A DNA stretch of 52,150 nt from an uncultured Methanosarcinales archaeon. Lineage in GTDB: Archaea; Nanobdellota; Nanobdellia; Woesearchaeales; JABMPP01. Positions 1 through 8,600 of the stretch are shown here, in pieces; positions within the stretch are counted from its first letter, which is position 1; the number at the start of each line of letters is the position of its first letter. The stretch covers positions 1-52,150 of the forward strand of contig CAZSAD010000009.1 of assembly GCA_964604995.1 (NCBI GenBank). The letters are read 5' to 3'. The translations under genes and the position numbers were made by a program. The notes below the pieces were generated by a model. The model was given only the letters and a program-made list of their open reading frames with translations. It was not told where the DNA came from and ran no database searches.

Positions 1-12
1 ATCTCTTGGAAA

Positions 13-882
13 CTAAGATGATCCGAAGCAATGAAGAGTAATTAAATCATTTAATGCAGGATTTATATTTGGATTGTAAGCTTTCCAAGGATCATTAGTA
101 TCATTTGCATAGTAAGCATGTATTGAACTATATTTTCCAGAAATCCCAGCTAATGCGACTGTTATATTTTTAGTTTCATTACTAGTCCAACTAATCAAAT
201 TCCATCCGGAATAAAGTTCAATAAAATTTGGAAGCGTAATATCTCCAATTATTGTAATATTAACTGGTTCAGTCACACTTATCCAATATCCCCTCTTTTC
301 TGAATAGCTATTCAAATCAGTAATTACAAAGTCATCAAGGTTAGTGCCATACACTTTCCAATAATCCAAATTGGATGTTGTTTGATAATAATGTATTGAA
401 ATTAAGTTATTTTGAATGCTACTTGTAAAATTTTGTATTGAATTGGCATATAAAATACAAGGTGAAGATACTAAATTCCATCCTTGTTCAAGCGGTATAG
501 TGCATGTTACATTATAATATGTCAAAATAACATAAACACTAGATACTGCTTTTCCAGTCGGTAATAAAAAAAAACCAGTGATTTTTCCAATAAAACTATT
601 TTCTGATTTACTCTCTTTTCCAAATGTTATATTATAAGGATTTGGTAAGAGTATTCCTACAATCAAAATCATCATAAATATTATTATACAAATAAACCAA
701 ATCGATTTGATAATTTTATGATTATTTTTATAATTAAATTTTAAATTATCCTCACTTTTATCTTCAGTTTTAATTTTATAATTATCCAACTTATCAATAT
801 TATTCAATGTATTGTGAATGGTTTGCTTATGTTTTTTTACAACCTCCTTTCTTTTTCTAGTTGTTTTCGTTTTCATTTTCAA
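13..882 (-). CDS. Membrane-anchored surface protein with two 'LxxGWNL[IV]S' beta-repeats; C-terminus possibly truncated near the window edge
   Basis: Basic N-terminus, one hydrophobic helix (IWFICIIIFMMILIVGILL), ITGF motif, then IPLEQGWNLVSSP...GYWI and IELYSGWNLISW repeats. The second repeat stops before its GYWI element. ATG at 876 is an alternative start. Confidence 0.7.
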   Translation of the reverse strand: MKMKTKTTRKRKEVVKKHKQTIHNTLNNIDKLDNYKIKTEDKSEDNLKFNYKNNHKIIKSIWFICIIIFMMILIVGILLPNPYNITFGKESKSENSFIGKITGFFLLPTGKAVSSVYVILTYYNVTCTIPLEQGWNLVSSPCILYANSIQNFTSSIQNNLISIHYYQTTSNLDYWKVYGTNLDDFVITDLNSYSEKRGYWISVTEPVNITIIGDITLPNFIELYSGWNLISWTSNETKNITVALAGISGKYSSIHAYYANDTNDPWKAYNPNINPALNDLITLHCFGSS

Positions 883-1492
883 GATTTAAATATATTTTAG
901 TAATTTCCAATTCAATATCAAAAAGTCCAAAAAATTCAATTGCATTACTTTTATTTAATTTATCTACCATAATCGCGGATTTTCCAACTCTTTTTCCACC
1001 AATGTTCTCAAGAAATCCTTTATATTGGTAAGATTCTTGCTTATTACTCTTCTTATTGTTTTGTGTACTTTTATCTTTACCACTATTTCTACCAATATTT
1101 TTCTTTTCATACCCATATAATTTTTGATAGAACCTTATTTTATCTTTATTTACAAGTTTAGAAGTATCAAATTCAATAAGTAACATCTCTTTTAGTTTTT
1201 GTCTATCTAATAATATATGACTATTTCCATACAATATCAACCCATTTTTAATTGTATTATTTATGCTTGTATCCTCATTTTTTAGTATTTCAAGTTGTAC
1301 ATGTGGTTTTTGAGAATATTGCATTCTTTGAATAAAAGATAAAATTTCATTCTCGTCTTCAGAAGTAAATATTACTAGCTTGTTACTTTCTTTAAATAAA
1401 ACTGCTTTGTTAATGAAAAATCTGCCTAACAAATCAGCAATTATATGTAATGCCTTTTGAACTAATTTATAATCTGGGGTTTCCTTATCCAT
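857..1492 (-). CDS. Hypothetical protein: degenerate nucleotidyltransferase-like N-half plus Cas2/PaaX-like ferredoxin-fold C-half
   Basis: 211-aa ORF. C-half pattern LIEFDTSKL..KIRFYQKLYG...YKGFLENIGGKRVGKSAIMV...EFF recognised by eye; no catalytic GS/DxD motif in the N-half. Confidence 0.5.
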   Translation of the reverse strand: MDKETPDYKLVQKALHIIADLLGRFFINKAVLFKESNKLVIFTSEDENEILSFIQRMQYSQKPHVQLEILKNEDTSINNTIKNGLILYGNSHILLDRQKLKEMLLIEFDTSKLVNKDKIRFYQKLYGYEKKNIGRNSGKDKSTQNNKKSNKQESYQYKGFLENIGGKRVGKSAIMVDKLNKSNAIEFFGLFDIELEITKIYLNLENENENN

Positions 1493-1520
1493 TTCCGTTA
1501 TACTTATACCAAAAAAGTCA

Positions 1521-1599
1521 TTTATTATATTTATAAGAAATAATGATTATATAAACTTTTTTATTATATTTATAAACAATTTCTTATAATTATAAGAAA
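1521..1599. promoter_or_regulatory. Putative operator/promoter of the 857..1492 gene
   Basis: Direct repeat TTTATTATATTTATAA at 1521-1536 and 1560-1575; perfect 20-bp palindrome TTTCTTATAATTATAAGAAA at 1580-1599; minus-strand TATA-like AAAAGTTTATATAA around 1547-1560. Confidence 0.5.
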
Positions 1600-1616
1600 G
1601 CTAAAAGAGAAACAGT

Positions 1617-1664
1617 AAAAACAAAAAAAGAAAAATAAAAAAATAATTGGAGAGGTAATCCAAT
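1617..1664 (-). terminator. 3' hairpin plus U-rich tract after the subunit A gene
   Basis: Minus strand AATTGGA-TTACCTC-TCCAATT (7-bp stem, 1645-1665 region) followed by long T runs. Confidence 0.5.
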
Positions 1665-1683
1665 TTATTTTCAATTTTTTTAT

Positions 1684-2445
1684 TTATGAGAGCTCAACAT
1701 AAAAATAATAGTTTGTAGCTCCTGCTAAATCTCCATTTACACCAACTAACATTTCAAAGTCATAAGTTGCTCCTGTGAAACCTACAGCATTTGCTTCTAG
1801 CAAAGCAGTATATACAACGTTTCCTGTTGTTGAGTTATCTGTCAATATAGTTTCAACGAAGCTTGTTTGTTGGGCTCCATTATTTGTATACAAATAAGTT
1901 GCTGAGCAACCATCTGTTGTTCCAATTGTTGTTGCACCAACTCTAAATGATCTTGGAAGTGTGTTGTTAAATGTTTCATTAACTCCATCCTTGTCAGTTG
2001 GTTGTATTCCAAGTGTTGATTCAAGTGCTGTTAAATTAACTTGTTGTTGTACACCAGATGCTGTCATATTAAAGCATTGGATGCTTGTCCATGTAACAGC
2101 GCTTGTGTTTGAAGCATAAATTTGACCAGTTGGGTTAGCTAAATTCCAGTCATAAAGTAGTTGTCCACTAGCATCTCCTAAAGATATTCTACCTGTGATA
2201 TTCCCATAGTAACCTTGCCATCTTAAAGTTGTCCTTGTATCATTTATTAAAAGCATAGTTACATTGCCTGCTTGCGCTTGCACTGTATATCCTGTTGTTG
2301 AATCATCCATTCTACTAGTTGAGTTAAAAGTTACCTCTGGCCCTACAGGGGCAGCACTAACAGATATTGTCTCTATTACTAAAAGCACCAATAATCCAAG
2401 TGCTATGAGGCTAACCCATGCCCCAAAATATTTTTGCATTTTCAT
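1684..2445 (-). CDS. Secreted putative filament subunit A (WQGYYG subfamily, C-terminal YYFYVELS)
   Basis: Sec-type signal peptide ending VSA|APVGP; motifs AGNVT, WQGYYGNITG.I.L.DA, YDW, W..I.C, DFEMLV, YYFYVELS shared with four paralogues. Start moved from TTG 2463 to ATG 2445, 7 nt after GAGGTG. Confidence 0.85.
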   Translation of the reverse strand: MKMQKYFGAWVSLIALGLLVLLVIETISVSAAPVGPEVTFNSTSRMDDSTTGYTVQAQAGNVTMLLINDTRTTLRWQGYYGNITGRISLGDASGQLLYDWNLANPTGQIYASNTSAVTWTSIQCFNMTASGVQQQVNLTALESTLGIQPTDKDGVNETFNNTLPRSFRVGATTIGTTDGCSATYLYTNNGAQQTSFVETILTDNSTTGNVVYTALLEANAVGFTGATYDFEMLVGVNGDLAGATNYYFYVELS

Positions 2446-2488
2446 TTCAATACACCTCTCCAATCAATTCATTTCATTTATTTTTCAT

Positions 2489-3136
2489 TTAATTTAACTC
2501 AACTTTGTTGAGTAAATGAGTATTATTCGTGAACATATTATTTGGATCATGCAAAACTATGGCATTTTCAAAAACATCAATTATTTTTTTCTTAAATGAT
2601 TCAGGTTTAATTTGTGCAACTGAAAAATTTTTATTGGCTCCTCCAAATTGAGAAGAAATTAAACTTGCTAATTTCTGGGCATCTTTATTGCCATTAAAGA
2701 CCATGTTCAAAGTTACTTGCTGATTTTTTTCTGTTAGGTATACGCATTCAAAACTTTCTATTTTAGATATTAAAAGTCTATAAATATCCGCAATAATTGG
2801 ATGTAATTCCAAATTTTCAATACTCCAAATTTTTAGAATTGTTTTATGGTAATTTGTTAATGTGAAAAATTTTTTTGATGTAAAATCTTTTGTTACAGAA
2901 ATTAAATAAGCATAATCACTTGATAAAGAAAATATTGCTCTTGGTTTTCCTTTATCCCTATTTGATATTTTTTTCTTTTGTACGAGTTTGGCAGCTTCAA
3001 GCAAACGAAGTTGTTGACTCATATTAGAAATTGTCGTGTTTGTTTTTTCTGCTAATTGCATTGGTGAATAATCTCCAGTAGCTAAATGGTGTAATATGTT
3101 CCATTTCTGATCAACAAACATGCTCTCAAGTTCCAT
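2489..3136 (-). CDS. ArsR-like winged-helix transcription regulator with an extra C-terminal domain
   Basis: N-terminal KWNILHHL...SPMQLAEKTNTTISNMSQQLRLLEAAKLV...GKPRAIFSL fits a wHTH pattern; AAGGTG SD upstream; directly upstream of subunit A on the same strand. Confidence 0.8.
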   Translation of the reverse strand: MELESMFVDQKWNILHHLATGDYSPMQLAEKTNTTISNMSQQLRLLEAAKLVQKKKISNRDKGKPRAIFSLSSDYAYLISVTKDFTSKKFFTLTNYHKTILKIWSIENLELHPIIADIYRLLISKIESFECVYLTEKNQQVTLNMVFNGNKDAQKLASLISSQFGGANKNFSVAQIKPESFKKKIIDVFENAIVLHDPNNMFTNNTHLLNKVELN

Positions 3137-3192
3137 CCATGCACCTTTTTTCTTTTTATTCGATGTTTTTTCTCTTTTTCCCAGACAAACCT

Positions 3193-3270
3193 TTTTTGTA
3201 TACTAAGTTAATATTGTATACAAAAACCATTTTAGAACACCAATAATTAAACTGATATATAAATATTTCT
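3193..3270 (-). promoter_or_regulatory. BRE/TATA promoter and inverted-repeat operator of the wHTH gene
   Basis: Minus strand AGAAATATTTATATA at about 3256-3270; 11-bp inverted repeat TTTTTGTATAC-N12-GTATACAAAAA at 3193-3226. Confidence 0.55.
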
Positions 3271-3479
3271 ATTATTGCTAAAGTATTGTAGTTTAATATA
3301 TATTTTATTAGTGTATTTCAGTACTTAATTAAACATTAAAGTAATGATTTAATAATCTTTAATCTTAGTTATATTCTCGTCAAGAAATATTTCTTATATG
3401 CTTACATAAACCAAAAAATAAGTTAATTGATTTATAAATAAAACTCTTAAATAATAAATAAAAATAGAATTAAATAATT

Positions 3480-5192
3480 TTATTCTTCTTCATCGTCCTT
3501 ATCTTTGACAACTATTTTATCTTTTTTCTTCTTTTTACGTCTTTTCCATAAGATGAGGAGGAATAATACTACTATAATTACAATCAGGGTATAAAATACA
3601 TAATCTCCTTTAGCCATTGTAAGTGCGAATTTACCCTCAATAGATTTAGTTAAACTATCTTGTCTTTCACCATAGAATGCTCTAACATTTATTTCTGGAT
3701 TATCAGCAATATCTTCATCAATTAGTAAAGGATTAGCCTTAATTTTTACTTGTTTTTGCTCACCAGGTTCAAGTTTTGTTACACCTTCACTTCCCATAGT
3801 CTTTTTTTCTTGAGCAATTATCACATTAACTAATTCAACATTAACATAACATGTAGTTGAACCTTTATTTGTAATATCAATATAAAATAAATTTCTTCCT
3901 AAATTAAAAGAGGCAGCATCAATTGTTATATCACAATTATCAATTATTCTAACTTGTTCAATTAAACCAGTATCTTTGTCAATAATCTTCTCCATTGAAT
4001 TGATAGATTCTCCATATACTATATATGCTCTACCACTAATATCTCCATCTGGAATATTATCTACTGTGTAAACTAAAGTTTTTACTTCTCTACCATCTAA
4101 GAAAACAGGAGTACTATCCCCAACAGTTATCCTGTTATCTTCCTGCCCAGTAATCGTATAGGTTCCTGAAAAATAAGCAGCAAGGTCTTGTGTATTTCTA
4201 ACAGTAACTTCTAATTTTTTTGTCGCAGCATTATATTTCATAGATACAAATTCTATTTCAATATTATATGTTGGTAAATAAAACATATCTAATGCTTCGA
4301 CTTGTGAAATAGCGCCTTGTGGTTGTCTTGCACCTTGTGCAAATTTAACGAAAACACTAATTCCTATTTGTCTTCTGATAAATGTTGCAGTTCCAACAAG
4401 TTCATTACCAATTAATATCCCAACTTGGATATCACTTCCTTTAATATAATCCCTTATAATTTGTGGTACATTTGAAGTTCCAATAAAAATAACCGGCTCA
4501 ACTCCTGACATAATCTCTTTTTCAATAAATTCCCCATTTGTTAATACTGCTTGCTTAGCACTTTTGATTTCTTGGTATTTTTTTACTATTTCTATATTAT
4601 TGGCAAATCTATCTCCTTCTTTATTTATTATTTCAGGATTATATGTAGTAAGTGCAGTTTTAACTTCTCTATCCACTTGACCATAAATCAAAATTTTCTG
4701 AGGGATATTTTGAGCAAGAAATTCAATTATCTGATTGATATTGTTTTTATCAGCAAATAATACAAAGGATTTGCTAACAGCAGCATATGGTGCAACTGAA
4801 ATTGCATTGTATCCATATTTTCCATCAACAACTACAAAATTTTTAACACCAGAGCGCTTTGCAAGATCTAAATTGATACTTGCAGGTTTGAATTCTTCAG
4901 CTGAGTATCCCTGGCCTTTTAATATTGTTTCATATCCTAAGACAAAAGGTGTTTTTGTTGAGCTAAATACCCAAAGATGCTCTGTTTGTGGAATTTGACC
5001 TAAAATAATATTTGCATGTTTTTCACTAACCAAAAAATTAGAGTTCTTATTAACCAAAACACCATATTGCATAACTGAATATACATCTTTCCAATCTTGG
5101 CTATTGATAAGAATTCTATCTGGTTCAGCAGCCATTGCCATTGCTGTTAGTAAAATTAATGCAATTGGAAAAAATATAATTAGTTTTTTCAT
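3480..5192 (-). CDS. Membrane-anchored surface protein with cell-wall-binding-2 (CWB2)-like alpha/beta repeats and C-terminal Ig-like domains
   Basis: Signal peptide (AMA|AE); YNAISVAPYAAVSKSFVLFAD...ILIYG...DRFANNIEI resembles CWB2 repeats; beta-rich C-half; C-terminal TM (YTLIVIIVVLFLLILW) plus KRRKKKKK stop-transfer. Confidence 0.75.
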   Translation of the reverse strand: MKKLIIFFPIALILLTAMAMAAEPDRILINSQDWKDVYSVMQYGVLVNKNSNFLVSEKHANIILGQIPQTEHLWVFSSTKTPFVLGYETILKGQGYSAEEFKPASINLDLAKRSGVKNFVVVDGKYGYNAISVAPYAAVSKSFVLFADKNNINQIIEFLAQNIPQKILIYGQVDREVKTALTTYNPEIINKEGDRFANNIEIVKKYQEIKSAKQAVLTNGEFIEKEIMSGVEPVIFIGTSNVPQIIRDYIKGSDIQVGILIGNELVGTATFIRRQIGISVFVKFAQGARQPQGAISQVEALDMFYLPTYNIEIEFVSMKYNAATKKLEVTVRNTQDLAAYFSGTYTITGQEDNRITVGDSTPVFLDGREVKTLVYTVDNIPDGDISGRAYIVYGESINSMEKIIDKDTGLIEQVRIIDNCDITIDAASFNLGRNLFYIDITNKGSTTCYVNVELVNVIIAQEKKTMGSEGVTKLEPGEQKQVKIKANPLLIDEDIADNPEINVRAFYGERQDSLTKSIEGKFALTMAKGDYVFYTLIVIIVVLFLLILWKRRKKKKKDKIVVKDKDDEEE

Positions 5193-5253
5193 TTGACCCC
5201 AACCTTGATTGAATACACTATTTGATGTTGTTTAGAAACTTAACATCTACTAA

Positions 5254-5464
5254 TTATATAAATTTTTCCATGTGGTTTTTAAATTACAATTATTTTATTT
5301 ATCTATTAATTATTCTTATTTTATCTATTTATTTTTAATTATTTACTTCTATTTTATCTTAAACATAAACTCTAATTTTTTTAACAATCTACAAAATTTG
5401 TATAAAATGATATCATTTGGAAATTAATATACATTTTTCTAACTTTTGAAGAAAAATATATAAA
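5254..5464. promoter_or_regulatory. Divergent archaeal promoter pair (570-aa gene and giant-protein operon)
   Basis: Minus strand GGAAAAATTTATATAA at 5254-5269; plus strand GAAGAAAAATATATAAA at 5448-5464. Both are a purine-rich BRE followed by a TATA box. Confidence 0.45.
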
Positions 5465-5672
5465 GAACATATAAAGCAATATTACTAAAATTACGTGTAC
5501 AAATAATAAATAATTGGGCGGATTTAAGATTATAAATTTTTCAAATTAGTTTATACTTAATTTATAATTAATTTCATTTCAATATTTATACATTTTATTC
5601 AATTCCACTTACCAAATTTATAGATTTTTGTTGCCCTAATTTTAAAAAAAGAGGGGCGCAAAGGGCGCAGAT

Positions 5673-8600
5673 GTGATGAATAGAAAAAGAAGGTTAGCTA
5701 TAGTTAGTATAGTGTTAACTGTAGTGTTAACTATCTTCACCATATCCGGTGAACTATCTAAAGCAGATTTATCTATAAACTTTTCAAATTCTTCAGATTT
5801 TAATATGACTTTAGTTAATATTAATACTTCTAATACTCAAACTACTTCCACTATTTCTATTTTCTCAACAAAAAATGTATCGCTTGGTGATTTTATTGAC
5901 ATAAATCTTTCAAAGTTACATTTAATCAACTCTTCATGGAAAAATGTGAGTAATTCTGATTTAGATATCAATTTAATTCACGATACACAAATTTTTCAGT
6001 TTTTTGCAAACTCAATAACTGATTCAATTTTATTTCAGCCACAAAAAATTGGAATCTATACTTTAAAAATAAAACCCCTTTCTAACAACACAAATTTTAT
6101 TTTCTTTAATGAATCATTCGAAGTTAATTCTTCATTAATAAATCCCCAATCTACATCTCCTTTCTTAAATATTACTAATAAACAAGAATACTTGCTAGGT
6201 GAGACAATGACTATTTCTGCAGATACTCTCTCACAATTTAAACTATCATCACTTTCCCTTAATTTTTCATCTCAACTATCTTTAGACAATATTTCTTTAA
6301 TTGTAGAAATAGAATCTCCCTTAGGTACTTACCAATTCATTGGTATTGAAAATGAAAGTGTAAACTTTAAACCGAAATTTGTTGGAAATTATAGTGTAAA
6401 TATTTTTTTAGATTTAGAGAATAAAACACTTTTTGCAAATTCAACTTTCACTGTAATATCAAATGATGATCTTTTTTTATCAAATCTAAACAATTTATCA
6501 ATAACAATTATGATTCCAAAGCAGATCTATACACTAAATGAACCAATTCTATTCAATTTTAGTGTCAATTTATCAAATGGACTAGAGTTCATAATTGAAA
6601 ATAATGAAAATAGTTATAAATTTTTAGATGTAGCAAAAGATAAGCTTGCTTTTGTACCTAAAGTATCCGGGAATTATACAGCCAAAATTGTAAGCGGCGA
6701 TACAATTTATGCATCAAAGAAATTTTTTGTAACCGAAAATACCGAATCTTTATTTTTACAATCTTCACAATTAGAAGCAGTTTCTCTTATTAATGAAAGT
6801 AATCAAACTTATTTGCAATTTCAATCAGGGCAAAATATTACTCTTTATTTTGATTTTAGTAATAAAATTGAAAGAACAGATATTTTTGATAAACTCTTTA
6901 AATATGTAAAAATTGAAAAGATTATAGCTTATATCGAAAACAATGAAAATAATACTGCGTTTGACTTGAAAGTTATTCCATTAAAAAACAATAAATTTGA
7001 TATTCTAATTAAAGGAAATTCCCAGATAAAAGAAGGTAAATATGTTCTTGTTGTTGAAGCATATTACGCAGAAAATGTTATAATTGAAAAGAAAGAATTT
7101 GAAATAATTTCCTCGTTATCAAGTGTGGTTGTAAATGGATTAAATATTCCTTCTGAATTAAACTTTACAAATCTAAAAAAACAAGAAGAAAGTGAAAAGC
7201 AAATTATAGAAAAATTCACATATGCTACTTTTTTACCAAATCAAGATCCACAAATTTTCATTGATTTTTCAAACGAGATTTCCGAGAGGAGGACTTTATT
7301 AAATGATGTATTCAAAAAAAGCATAGTTGACAAGATCTCAATTTTTATAAAAGAAGATCCAAAAAATGAATTCTTTGCAGTTGAGGTTAAACACATATCA
7401 AAAGATAGTTTTGTTTTAAATTTAATAAAAAAACAAAAAATCATTCCTAACAAACTATACAACGTTGTTGTAGTTGCAAACATTGCAGAAATGGTCGTTG
7501 TCAAAAATTATATTGTTAATTTTGATGCAAATCCTAATGATGCCATCAGTCAATTAGAAGATTATGGGATGATAGAAGTAAGAACTAGGGTATCACCAGA
7601 TTTAGAAAATGTGCTTTCAAATAGGAGTTTCAATTTGGTAGATTCCTCAAATAAAGGAATAAAGTCAAGAGCCAAACTTAAATCCATAAAAAATGGGAGA
7701 TACAATATTGAAATTAATTTATCTCATCCAAAAATAGAAAAAATGATTGTTAATGATTTTTATCCTTTAAATGATACAGTAATTGGTTTTGAAAAAGTTG
7801 AAAAAAATCTTCAGGCACCAAAAGGCGAAAAATGGCAAAAAGTTTATGCAATAAATCCTATCAATGCTAATTTTTCGAATATAAACCTAACAGTTATAGC
7901 AGAAGGACGTCAACTCTTCAAGTGCAAAGATTGGGATTTCTCAAATCAACAATGTCTTGGTACTTGGGTTAATATAATGGATTTAGTTGTTGGACAAGAA
8001 TATAACATAGTAGTTGATAACACTGATCCAGCATTTGCTGAATCCGGGTTAATTGCTATAAACACTAACAAATCCATTTTTTTGCCAAATCAAACAGCAT
8101 TCATCGCAATTGGGCTTATAGATAGTGAAGGAAAAATGGTATGTGATTCTGATATGGTTTTAACAATCACAGAACCAGATGGGAATATAGTTAAATACTC
8201 AACTAAAAATGGTAACATTTTTATTTCACCAGAGTGTGAATTTTATGGTTATACTTCTATGCCTGATTATTATGCAGAACATTTTGTAAATAAAATTGGA
8301 ACTTACACCTTAAATGTTACAGCAAATTGGCAAGAAAATAACAGCGCAATTAGAATTTCAAATTTTTCAGTTCAACAAAATGTTGCTTTTGATGTATCTA
8401 GATTTACCGCAACAAGAATTTATCCTGTTTTAAACTATGATGTAAATTTTTCAATTAATGTAAATGAAAATTATAATGGTAAAATTTACGAATATGTGCC
8501 ATCTGAATTTGATATTTTTTCACAACCAGAAATGTTAGTCGATATAATAAATAATACAAAAAGATTATCGTGGGTAAAAAATTTTATTGCAGGTAATTCT

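Noticed and set aside
857..1492. CRISPR-Cas locus suggested by the Cas2-like domain
   Set aside because: No cas1 or other cas gene and no repeat-spacer array in the window; the short repeats at 35747-35803 have no spacers.
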